A program made the position numbers and the translations under genes. The notes under the pieces were generated by a model. That model searched no databases. It was given only the letters and a program-made list of their open reading frames with translations, and was not told the origin of the DNA. From Octopus sinensis (taxonomy: Eukaryota): 64,000 nucleotides of DNA. Below are positions 26,601 through 36,885 of this stretch, piece after piece; position 1 is the first letter of the stretch, and every line of letters begins with the position of its first letter. The stretch spans positions 32,922,001 through 32,986,000 of the forward strand of contig NC_043012.1 of assembly GCF_006345805.1 (NCBI RefSeq). Reading direction: 5' to 3'.

Positions 26601-29438
26601 CCTTTTCTTTAATTATGTTCCAAATATCACATTAATATGTTGATAAGTAAAAAAAGTTACAGTTGTTTAATGAAACTAGTCTAAATTCATGATCATTTTA
26701 GAATTTAATTGAAACTCATGAGGGGTGTATTTTGGTCAGAAATATAGTAACGAAAGGGTTAAACTGGCCATACCTGACTCAAATATTCTAACAGTTTTTA
26801 TGTTCAAACCAGTCACATCTACCCTACAATGTCATTCTAAAAATTCACAATCACATCTTTGAAATCTTGAAGCTACAAAATATCCTCAAAGGATTTTTAG
26901 TTTAATAAGCCTGGTACTTATGCTATCAGTTTCTTTTGCTGAACTGCTAAGTTATGGGGAAGGAAAAACACCAAAACCAGTTGTGAAGCAGTGCTGGAAG
27001 ACAAGTACAGAAACACAAACATGCGCGTGCATTTACACACACACACAGAGGTTTCTTTCAGTTTCCATCTACCAAATCCACTGATAAGGTTTTGGTTGGC
27101 CTACAGCTATAGTAGAAGACTTGCCCAATGTACCAATTGGCACTTTTATTTTCCTACTTTATATACCTTCCACACTTTTTGCCAGTCCACCAGACAGTAC
27201 TTCCTCTTGACCACCCCACATATAAAGGATAAAGATCCTTCCCAAGTCATATAGACTCATAGGGCCAGTTTCCTGCTTCCCATGGCATATACATTACCCC
27301 CACTGGATGGAGCACTGACCTGTAGCAGGATTACTCAATTTTGCCAGCTGAGTAGACTGGAGTGACATGAAATGAAGGGTTTTGCTCAAGAACACAACAT
27401 GATGCCTGGTCCAGGAATTGAAACTACAATCTTACAATCATGAGTCCAACCACAAAGCCATATGGCTCCATCTTACATATACTCTACAGTTCTCTGTTAG
27501 TCTTCCAGATGTCCATCAGCAACATGAATTTACGAAAGGAATATATAATGTAATACACCACGACACCAAGTGAGGATATAATTAGAAAAGTATTGGTTAA
27601 TGAGAGTTAAAGCATTAGTTAATTAGTAATAGTAACGATGAGAAACAGCTGAAAACCTGTATATGTACACATGTGAGAGAGAGAGAGAGAGAGAGAGATA
27701 GACAGAGTTTGAGTGTGTATATGAGAGTGTGTATGTATGAGAGACAGTGTTTGTAAGAGAGACAGACAGACAGTGTATGAAAGAGAGAGAGTGTGTGTGT
27801 GTGAGTATGTATGAGATATAGAGATTGTGTGTGTGTGTGTGTGAAAGAAAGAAAAAGGAGAGAATAAAGAGGAAAAGCAAGAGGTGGGAATTATGAGGCT
27901 GAAAGAGAGGAAGTGTCCCCGAGGATGTAGGAAGAGTGGGAGAGAGAGATAATGTGTTAAACATTGGGATAAAGGAGAATGGAAGTGCTTAAGTGGTTTT
28001 CAGAAGAGAAAGACAGTGTGTGTGTGTGTGTGTGTGTGTGTGTCAGTATGAATAATTAAGAATTTAGGCTAATTCCTGTCATTAACAATAAAGGTGAAGT
28101 GACAGGAACCCAGACAAATATGAATAAAATAAGTTCACTACTAAGAACAGTGTAAGACATAAAATAGGTGAATGGCTAAAGATAAAGCTGCCAAACTTTT
28201 CAAGAAATCACCCAAATCAACCTCTTCATAAAACTTTTTAGGGCTTCACTGAGTCTTAGTCACATCTTTAGTAAATATATATATGATGGGTTCTCCTGTT
28301 GGTCTTGATGTATGAGGAACCGACACCCCGCACTTCCTTTGTCAGAATTATATTGCTTATGTCGAATGTGACATTTGAATCTCGGCAGTGATTTACAAGT
28401 ACGAGGATCAGGGGTCGGTGCAGGCAGTATATTTGCAGCCCCTCTTCTCTTTTGCCTTGCACCGCTAATAATATATATTATTCTTTAACAAGGATAACAT
28501 TGTCTAAGTTTTGGTCAACTAAGCCATCATCAGCTGTCCAATGATGGGCTTAGCTGGTTGGAACTTTGAAGTCACAAGAAACCAAATCTGCCATCACCAG
28601 CCTTATCATATGAATAAAAAACAGATAAAGATCCTTCCCAAGTCACATAGACTTGGGTTGGTTTCCCAGTTTCCATGGTGTATATATTCCTCACCTGGAC
28701 AGGACATTGGGCCGTTGCATGATTGCTCATTTTTGCCTGCTGAGTGGAACAGAGCAACATGAAATGAAATATTTTGTTCAAGAACATAACGCATCACCCA
28801 GTTCAGGAACTGAAACCACAATTTCACACTCATGGGTCCAACACCCTAACCACTAAGCTAGGTGCCTCCACTATCATATGAATAACATATAAAAAAAATT
28901 TTTAAATGGTTGCCTAAAACATCAAGATTCTGAACATCATCGAAGTAGGGGGTGAGAGTAGTTTTAGAATTCAAAAGACAGACGAAACATCCTCATCATC
29001 ATCATAGTTTAACGTCCGCTTTCCATGCTAGCATGGGTTAGACGATTTTGACTGAGGGTTGGCGAACCAGATTGCTGCACCAGGTTCCAATCTTGATTTG
29101 GGAGAGTTTCTACAGCTGGATGCCCTTCCTAACGCCAACCAGTCCGAGAGTGTAGTGGGTGCTTTTTACGTGCCACCGGCATGGGGGCCAGTCAGGCGGT
29201 ACTGGTAACGACCTCGCTCGAATCCTTTTACACATGCCACCAGAACAGGTGCCAGTAAGGCGATCAAAAATATAGAGAAAAGGCAAATAAATACCTGAGG
29301 TTAGGGTTGCCACCATATTCAAGCAGTAAATGTGTGATGGATTTATTAATTCCAGGGCCCAAATGAATTGGGGCAATATCGTCATCATGGAACAGCGCAT
29401 TGGGATCAATACCATCTTCTAGAAGCTGTCGGACTTTC
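2505..29438 (-). CDS. ANKLE1: Ankyrin repeat and LEM domain-containing protein 1 (ANKLE1/LEM-3) orthologue, spliced, 5'-partial: join(29295-29438,17892-17997,15424-15559,7624-13443,6018-6221,5376-5500,3430-3559,2505-2677)
   Basis: Manual splicing gives one open frame with GT-AG boundaries and matching phases (2,0,1,1,1,0,1). Domain order is ankyrin repeats (TPLHIAATWG), LEM-like (PGPITSTTRGMY), then GIY-YIG (FTYLLLDPR, IFYVGKG, SLHCFQ, REACIIDAIG, LTN, IFLAEGERQ), which is the ANKLE1 architecture. Confidence 0.95.
3430..3559 (-). CDS. ANKLE1: ANKLE1 GIY-YIG exon (KLSHIIDIWNDEQGVISLHCFQGVISDEAHSREACIIDAI)
   Basis: Not in the ORF track. Acceptor TTTCAG|AAT, donor G|GTAATA; 130 bp; contains the conserved REAC glutamate. 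Confidence 0.95.
3684..5040. mobile_element. Fragments of a non-autonomous Helentron/Helitron-like element, interrupted by a LINE fragment
   Basis: AACTAGAAAAGCACTCAGAGAGCGCAGACCTCCGCCAAG at 3684 and AAGTTTCATCAAATACCGTTCACAACTTTTTGAGTTAT at ~4965 resemble, from memory, termini and motifs of such elements. Confidence 0.4.
4291..4700 (-). mobile_element. 3' fragment of a non-LTR retrotransposon ORF2 (CR1/L2/Jockey-group C-terminus), degenerate
   Basis: Translation LDYWNRLKNLRLCSL...YIICMMWKI...FKRSLDDY..QIPDKP matches the typical post-RT tail of these LINEs. Confidence 0.75.
5376..5500 (-). CDS. ANKLE1: ANKLE1 GIY-YIG exon (FVYAIFYVGKGTRDRPYSHLYEA)
   Basis: Acceptor TTTTCAG|GA, donor AAG|GTAAG; 125 bp; YVGKG motif. 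Confidence 0.95.
6018..6221 (-). CDS. ANKLE1: ANKLE1 exon, start of GIY-YIG region (YPVTL...FFTYLLLDPRVTKNLP)
   Basis: Acceptor CCAG|AT, donor G|GTGAGT; 204 bp; FTYLLLDPR motif. Confidence 0.95.
7624..13443 (-). CDS. ANKLE1: ANKLE1 giant internal exon (5820 bp): S/N/Q/E-rich low-complexity region ending in the LEM-like domain
   Basis: 1959-aa ORF 7532-13411. Acceptor TTTTTTAG|AT at 13443 and donor CCAG|GTAAG at 7624 match the phases of both flanking exons. LEM-like segment FTDDGLKKIFVDFDLPHPGPITSTTRGMYINRL at ~7664-7776. Confidence 0.9.
14368..14652 (-). mobile_element. (GAT)n-tailed retroposon (RTE-type LINE 3' end or derived SINE)
   Basis: TGGTTGGCGTTAGGAAGGGCATCCAGCTGTAGAAA core with (ATC)n tail. 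Copies at ~17172-17460, 21240-21562, 22125-22545, 28993-29263, 32032-32320, 42397-42627 and 58811-59078. Confidence 0.85.
15424..15559 (-). CDS. ANKLE1: ANKLE1 ankyrin exon (DGNTALDMAQNYAHEDCIRILQRHSQKLKSKLDAHLRQLKRSCSL)
   Basis: Acceptor TTCCAG|GAT, donor A|GTAAGT; 136 bp, phase 0/1; DGxTALDxA motif typical of a terminal ankyrin repeat. Confidence 0.9.
16080..16546 (+). mobile_element. RTE-clade LINE 3' fragment
   Basis: EGTCGRGRPRKMWGEVMKRDL-type ORF tail followed by the (GAT)n-tailed 3' UTR. Similar pieces at 51232-51793 (-) and 63780-64000 (+). Confidence 0.75.
17892..17997 (-). CDS. ANKLE1: ANKLE1 ankyrin exon (TQEGVTPLHIAATWGNTDTLKLLLKNGGDITLRDA)
   Basis: Not in the ORF track, read by hand. 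Acceptor TCCAG|G, donor GCT|GTAAG; 106 bp; canonical ankyrin consensus GxTPLHxAA. Confidence 0.93.
18170..18535 (+). mobile_element. Second RTE-clade LINE family, 3' fragment
   Basis: RRVQFAGQCCRAENEVISTLLLWKP...GRTLSCPDVISRDTG...AMMDREVW is an RTE ORF C-terminus. Shorter copies at 35320-35525 (+) and 37370-37480 (-). Confidence 0.8.
20217..20915. mobile_element. Nested piggyBac-like MITEs (two family-A copies inside a family-B copy)
   Basis: Ends TTAA|CCCTTT...AAAGGG|TTAA. Family A (~230 bp) also at 1-175, 23843-24070, 31443-31663 and 38703-38912. Family B also at 2839-3050, 34044-34263, 36979-37202 and 54914-55140. Confidence 0.75.
29295..29438 (-). CDS. ANKLE1: ANKLE1 ankyrin exon (KVRQLLEDGIDPNALFHDDDIAPIHLGPGINKSITHLLLEYGGNPNL)
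   Basis: Acceptor TTTTTCAG|G and donor AG|GTAT; 144 bp, phase 2/2; ankyrin-like LLEYGGNPN motif. Confidence 0.9.
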
Positions 29439-30161
29439 CTGAAAAATAAACAAAGAAATACAGTGAATACAACAACATAGTGTATATTGCAACTGTAAGT
29501 TAATGGGAACAAACTATTTTGACTTCAAATTTTGGCACAAGGCCAGCATTTTGAGGGAGGGGGTAAATCGATTCCATCGGCCCTAGTTCACAACTGCTCT
29601 ATATTTTATTGACCCTGAAAGGATAAACGGCAAAGTCAACCACAGCAGAATTTGAACTCAGAACATAAAGGCAGACAAAACACTACTAAGCATTTTATCT
29701 GTTGTGCTAAAGATTCTACCAGTTCACTTAACTTTATGAAAACAAAATATATTACCTTGAAACATAGTTTACTAAATCAATTTTATCACATTACGTGACA
29801 ATAAAAGGAATACAATTGAGCAGAAATAAAAAGAACAAGTACAATGATAGCTATGAAGACAAGAGCCACAATAAAACCATAATGGACTTGCAATCTGTTC
29901 ATTAAAGAGTCACAGCTGCGGATAATATAAAAGCAAAAAAATAAAAGATTTAAAAAATGTAAATATGATTATAATTTATCAGACTATATCAACCTGACTG
30001 CAAGAGGTGAAACATTTTTTTTTTTACTATTTACATCGATGTATATATTGATATAAATACATACATACCAACACATATATATGCATACACATGCACACAC
30101 AAACACATATGTACGTGCTTACACAACACACACAAACATATATATATATATATATATATAT

Positions 30162-30279
30162 TGGCCTGCTCACTTAGCCAGCGGGGTGGCGTCACTGAAG
30201 GCTAAAACAATATGAAGCATGTTGTGACCAGCGATGTGTAGTAACATCTGATAGCCTGGACAGCCATGTGATTATGTGA
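30162..30279. mobile_element. ~110-bp GC-rich element inserted in (TA)n
   Basis: Reverse-complement homologue at 62595-62706, also flanked by (TA)n on both sides. Confidence 0.7.
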
Positions 30280-30287
30280 TATATATA

Positions 30288-32972
30288 TATAGGTTAGTAG
30301 AGAAACAAATGATTATAAAGGGCAGAGGGGGAAATCCATCTGAATGGAGAGTGAAGATAACATAAAGAAGGTAAAAAGGGTTATCTTAAATGGATCGTGA
30401 TAACAGAAATAAAAGCAACTGTGCCAAAAAAAAAAAAAAAGTTTGAAGAATAATCAATGATATTTTACAATAGACTGACTGATACTATTTTTCCCTCTCA
30501 CCATACATATCTCCAGTTAGCTTTTAATGCCATCTATGTTGAATATGTTCACACAAGTTCCCACTATTGTTTTTCATGTAAATGGAATTTGTGTAATTTA
30601 GTCTCTAAATAGGTAACAAATTGGCAGAGTCGTTAGAACATTCTGCTGTCCACTACCAGAAAAGTACTTCAATAGTGGGCAGTGAAGAACTATTTACAGA
30701 TGAAAGCTAATAACTCTATCAGTAAAGATATTTACAAAAATGTGGTTCTTGGAGAGTTTTTAGATTAAATGATTAAATGTGCATTTGATAGATGTATTAA
30801 TATTTAGAATGAGGTTGATTTGCTGTCTCCTGTAACCTATTATTAACCAAATATACCATGTGAAATAAAATAGGATTTGACAAGATAGTAATGATGTTTA
30901 CAAGTTAACACTACTACATGCTCTCTCTCAACTTGTATACTGGAAAATACAGTTTTCCAAACATTTGCTTATAAATGGTTTCAAATTTCGGCACAAGGCC
31001 AGCACTGCAGGGGAGGGGGTAAGTCAATTACACTGACCCCAGTGCTCAACTGCTACTTATTTTATCAACCCTGAAAGGATAAAAGGCACAGTCAACCTTG
31101 GCGGAATTTGAACTCAGAACGTGGAAAGATGGGCAAAATGCCACTAAACATTTTGCTTGGCATGCTAATGATTCTGCTAGCTTGCCACCTTACAATGACA
31201 GGTATTTTCCTAAATACTTTGTTATTTTCAAAATTAAGTGAAAAAAAAGCTAAAGAAAATGCTAAAGAAATGTGCAACCTTAGTATATTGTATTTACAAC
31301 AGTGTTTGGGATCCTATATAATATGCAGGAGTCTAATGTATTTGTATATTAATCTTTTTTGTTTGCAAGTTTCCAATATAATAAAATGCTAGAAATTTAG
31401 AAGGATAGCTCAAGTGTGAAGATGAAAAGTGAAAGATAGAGTTTAACCCTTTCATTACTGTATTTATTTTGAGATGCTCTGTGTTTCTTTCAATTATTTT
31501 AAATATAACAAAGATTCAGTAAAATAACTTATTATCATTAAGCTAGTGTTAGGAACATAAATTGCAACTAAGGTTTGGTGGTGTATTTTAATGAAAAACT
31601 TATGAAAACAAGACATTTATACTACAGAGCAGGTTTTGGCCGGGTTGGTAACGAAAGGGTTAAGGGAAAGACGAAGAATGGGGATAAGAAGAAAAATAAG
31701 GCAGAGAAAAAGAACATTATTGACAACAATAAATAATATGGTACTGTTATGTTTTTGTTTCTGTTTTATAATATGGCACTGGTTGCTATTAAAGATCATA
31801 TTTGCATATCATCGAGGTTGTAACCATATGATGGTATTTTTTTTCATTTCAAGTTATGATACAGGTTCTATGAGTGCAGTTTACAACAATACACGATTTA
31901 GCAATATAGTGTTGCTTGCAGTTTTAACAACATCTAGTATGATAATAGGTTACAGGAGACAGCAAATCAACTTCATTCTAAATATTAATACATGTATCAA
32001 ATGCACATTTAATCATTTAATCTAAAAACTTGCACGTAAAAGAACCATCCGAACATGGCTGTTGCCAGCGCCGCTGTGACTGGCTTCCATGCTAGTGGCA
32101 TGTAAAAAGTACCAACCGATCGTGGCTGTTGCCAGCCCCGCCTGGCGAGTAAAAAGCACCCACTACACTCATGGAGTGGTTGGCGTTAGGAAGGGCATCC
32201 AGCTGTAGAAACACTGCCAGATCAGACTGGGCCTGGTGCAGCCTCCTGGCTTCCCAGACCCCGGTCGAACCGTCCAACCCATGCTAGCATGGAAAGCGGA
32301 TGTTAAACGATGATGATGATATCTAATATAGTTTGAGTTATTAGCTTTCATCTGTAAATAGTTCTTCACTGTCCACTATTGAAGTACTTTTCTGGTAGTG
32401 GGCAGTAGAATGTTCTAACGACTCTGCCAATTTGTTACCTATTTAGAGACTAAATTACACAAATTCCATTTACATGAAAAACAATAGTGGGAACTTGTGT
32501 GAACATATTCAACATGCGGCGCAATGTCCCAGTGGTTAGGGCAGCAGACTCACGGTTGGAGGATCGCGGTTTCGATTCCCAGACCGGGCATTGTGAGTGT
32601 TTATTGAGCGAAAACACCTAAAGCTCCACGAGGCTCTGGCAGGGAGTGGTGGTGAACCCTGCTGTACTCTTTTATGACCAACCCATGCTAGCACGGAAAA
32701 CGGATGTTAAACGATGATGATGATATTATTAAAAGCTAACTGGAGATATATATATATGGTGAGAGGGAAAAATAGTATCAGTCAGTCTATTGTAAAATAA
32801 CATTGATTATTCTTCTTCAAACTTTTTTCCTTTTGCACAGTTGCTTTTATTTCTATTATCATGATCCATTTAAGATAACTCTTTTCACCTTCTTTATGTT
32901 ATCTTCACTCTCCATTCAGATGGATTTCCCCCTCTGCCCTTTATAAATCATTTGTTTCTCTACTAACCTATA
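30288..32972. repeat. Long inverted duplication: arm A 30288-30843, arm B 31942-32972 (B carries two retroposon inserts)
   Basis: Direct reverse-complement match, e.g. AGGTTAGTAGAGAAACAAATGATT at 30291 vs AATCATTTGTTTCTCTACTAACCT ending at 32969. Confidence 0.95.
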
Positions 32973-33369
32973 CTTTTGTGTCATTTCTCCTCGCTTAATA
33001 ATTCACATCTCATATTCATCTCTGAAAGTAATATAAATCTTGCTTATCTTAGACTTATTCTTCCTGCCTCCATCCCCTCTTTCTCAGATTTTTTGATAAA
33101 ACAGTCTTGATACTGGAGCAAGGCACTATCACATAATCAAGATGACATACGATTAAACACTTCATGAGGCAACTGATATCTCTCGCTTCGTATTCTCCAG
33201 CAGAGTGAGAAGAAAACTATTTTTATTCATGGTTGAATTTGTTTGGTTGAGGGGTAGGATGGTAGAAGCACATTAACACAATATTGCTCCTACTTTTAAC
33301 TTTGTCTTGTATTGTAATACCATAATCTGCATAAAATCTCATACAAAATTAATGTAATCTAAATATTTT

Positions 33370-33650
33370 TACTCTTTTACTTGTTTCAGTCATTTGACTG
33401 CGGCCATGCTGGAGCACCGCCTTTTAGTCGAGCAAATCAACCCCAGGACTTATTCTTTGTAAGCCTAGTACTTATTCTATCGGTCTCTTTTGCCGAACCG
33501 CTAAGTTACGAGAACGTAAACACACCAGCATTGGTTGTCAAGCGATGTTGGGGGGGGGGGACAAACACAGACATACAAACATATGCACATACATACATAT
33601 ATACATATATATATACAAACATATGCACATACATACATACATATATATAC

Positions 33651-33707
<57 letters not shown>

Positions 33708-33890
33708 ATATACATATACATATATACGACAGGCTTCTTTCAGTTTCCATCTACCAAATCCACTCACAAGGCTTTGGTCAGCCCGAGGCCATAGTAGAAG
33801 ATACTTGCCCAAGGTGCGACGCAGTGGGACTGAACCCGGAACCGTGTGGTTGGTAAGCAAACTACTTACCACACAGCCACTCCTGTGCCT
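33370..33890 (-). mobile_element. Full-length tRNA-derived SINE (GGAGTGGCTGTGTGGTAAG head, ACCTTGGGCAAGT core, internal TA/CA microsatellite)
   Basis: tRNA-like boxes (GGTTCAGTCCC). Copies at ~45060-45445, 46436-46822, 48910-49268, 52634-53053, 54441-54605 and 59980-60285. Confidence 0.85.
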
Positions 33891-35761
33891 ATTTGTTTAT
33901 TTAAAATAACAGTAAAATCTTAATTCAATTTTAATTAAAAAAATACCCCTGTTACAGTTCATTTTGAATGCCATCCGCTCACTCTCTGCTGCTCTCATTC
34001 ACTGCAATCACCTTTTATTCTCTGACATACTATCTCGAGAGATTTAACCCTTTAGCATTCAGATCACTCAGTCAAACGTAATACTTGTTTATTGAAATTG
34101 GTTTGAATTCATTATATATCATCAAGTGGTTTCAAGATTTCAAAGATGCTGATTGTATATTTTTAAAATGACATTGTATGGTAGGTGTGAGAGGCTGAAT
34201 CTGGCTGGTTTGAACATAAAACATTAGAATATATGGACCTGATGTGGTCAGTTTAAATGCTAAATGCACATTTTCACATTCAGTACAAGGACAGATCTTT
34301 AAAGCAATCAGTCTGGATTTCTCAATCCCATGCTTCTTTCAGAACTGGAGATACTGAGGAATTATCATGGTTCCAATAACCAAACAAGTAATACTGTCTA
34401 CCAAGAGGCTTTATCTGATTGATGCATTTTTGCAGGAGATAAACGGGGCAGTCAAGTCAGTAATGAGGCCGATTAATAGTAAAATTATCAGATATAGTTT
34501 ATTAAAAAACATTTAATCAACATGGCTAAATTTTTCCCTTAATTAATCGTAGCTGAAAATCAGCTTGTTGCTTGGGCATTTGACCGGGTCACTAGGCTGG
34601 CTTATAAACAGCTAAGATTTACAATCTAATGTGAAGACAATTAATGCTTTGATCAAAGCATTAGATCAAAGATCTAATGCTTTGATCAAAGAAAGCTGAG
34701 ACGACAGTTGACTTTACAATAGGATTAAATGTTTGAGATGTCAATAAACATCACACAATCCTTTTCTTTCAAAATATATGTGCTCTGTACTTTAGCAATA
34801 ACTGAAAAGAGTGGGTGATTTAGCACTAACAGTGCTGAGTAATGTGTGTACAGTCTATAGTTTTAGCTCACCATTCAAATTCTGTTAGACTCAACCGTGC
34901 CTCCTATTCCTCTTGGGTAGAGAAAATCATCAGAAATCTTATAAAGAGACTTTTCAACATCAGCAAAGGATATCATTATTATTATTATTATAATTTCACT
35001 GTTATTTAGTGATTCTCCACTATTATTTACAGGTGGTATCAATCTATAAACAGAGAATAAAGGACACGTAAGCTATTTCTAAAACCCAACAAACCTGCAA
35101 AACCAGAAACAACTATGAATTTCTTTCTATATCTTCTTATTTGTAAAAATAAGATTTTCTCTTTCTTCTATTATACACAAGATTCTCTCATGTCAGTTCT
35201 ATTTTGGCAATAATTTCTGGTTATTTTTTCTTGGTGGTTTTTTTTTTTTTTTTTGTGAAAATGTTTTATTCATGACAATATTTTGCAGCTTAGCCAAATT
35301 ATTTGCATTTTCAGCAAATAACTGAAAACAAGGTAATTTCTACTCTTCTCCTCTGGAAGCCATCTGCTCGCGATACCAGAGGGCGCACACTCTCCTACCC
35401 TGATGTAATTTCCAGGGATACAGGCATCCAACAACATGACCTCCGTAATGCTATGATGGACTGTGAAGTCTTGCGTAACAGTAAATTCCATTTTCTCGCC
35501 TACTGTCGAACGATGAAGATGATGACTGCTTTCTTAGCCAAACATTTTTTTTTTTTTACATATCAAAATGATATATATTTAGACTCACCAAAGCCAACAA
35601 TGAGACCGACACTATGAGTTAGACTATCGCTTTAGCTGCTATTCAAGCTACGATTGCCCTTCCTATTTACCTGCCATGTTATCAAAAGAATTTAATACTG
35701 TGGTGTTTTTGTACATTTTAAAAGAAGTTAGGAAAGCTGTGAGTGAAATTTAGTACATATA

Positions 35762-36131
35762 TCTCTCTATATATATAAAAGGCAAAATGTCTGTCTGTGT
35801 GCATGTCCTTTATACAAATCCATAATTTTTCCATTAGAGGGCTCGTACTTTCTATGGTCATTCAAAACCGTCCAAGGGTGGTCGTGCACATCTTTATATT
35901 TCCCCAGTCACCTTGCAAAGCCATTAAAAAATCAATAGAAGTGACTTTTTTGTGAATTTTCTATCCAAAACCCAATCAAAATACCCGAAACTTGATACAC
36001 CAATTGAATGCCAGCTAGCTGTATGTGATTAGTCAGAGATTTGGACAGTACTCGCGTGTATGTGCACATGCACGCAGCTGTATATGCATGCACTAGCACT
36101 ATGACCCAGCATTGCCGGGTCATAGTGCTAG
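35762..36131 (+). mobile_element. Non-autonomous Helitron
   Basis: 5' A|TC(TC)TATATATATAAAA; 3' GC-rich hairpin (ATGACCC-AGCATTGCC-GGGTCAT) ending CTAG|T; no target-site duplication. Confidence 0.8.
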
Positions 36132-36504
36132 TATTCATATACTGCAGTAACAAAACCATAATGAAACATGCCATATACTGATGGCTCTCAATTAGCTACT
36201 TCTGTATCATATGTCAGTCCAAACAGAGCTAACTGGGAGAAACTTTCGAAGTCAGCTCAATAATTAAAAGAACCAGAGTTGATATTTGCTCATAACAAGT
36301 TCCCTGCATAAGGTTTGATGGCTCAAATTCCAAAGCTGACAATTATTAGGGACAATGACATGAGAAGAGAAAAAGAGTAAGTTGGTCAATATATTCTGAA
36401 TCAATTACACAAGCTAAATAGTTTTGACCAATGTGTCACTTCAGTTGTTTAACCAACTACCATCTCTTCTCATTGTATTAGTGATAGAGTACCCTTACTA
36501 CATG

Positions 36505-36885
36505 TATTGTGGCACTCTGTCAGTTACGACGACAAGGGTACCAGTTGATCCGATCAACAGAACACCCTGCTCGTGAAATTAACATGCAAGTGGCTGAGCA
36601 CTCCACAGACACGTGTACCCTTAATGTAGTTCTTGGAGAGATTCAGCATGACAGAGTGTAACAAGGCAGGCCCTTTGAAATACAGGTACAACAGAAACAG
36701 GAAGAAAGAGTGAGAGAATGTTGGGTGAAAGAGTACTGCAGGGTTCCCCACCACCCTCTGCTAGAGCCTCATGGAGCTTTAAGTGTTTTTGCTCAATAAA
36801 CACTCACAAAGTCCAGTCTGGGAATTGAAACCGTGATCCTACGGCTGCAAGTCCGCTGTCCTAACCACAGGGCCACTGCGCCTCC
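36505..36885 (-). mobile_element. tRNA-derived SINE, third family (GGAGGCGCAGTGGCCCTGTGGTTAGG head)
   Basis: tRNA-like head with GGTTTCAATTCCC B box. Related heads at 32517-32670 (+), 14200-14325, 16745-16910, 27240-27470 and 28630-28870. Confidence 0.75.

Noticed and set aside
32517-32590. tRNA gene candidate
   Set aside because: It is the tRNA-derived head of a SINE and continues into SINE body sequence.
33381-33909. Overlapping ORFs rich in Y/I/H/T/V/C (also 2170-2448, 48396-48777, 54016-54514)
   Set aside because: Artefacts of TA/CA microsatellites and SINE sequence.
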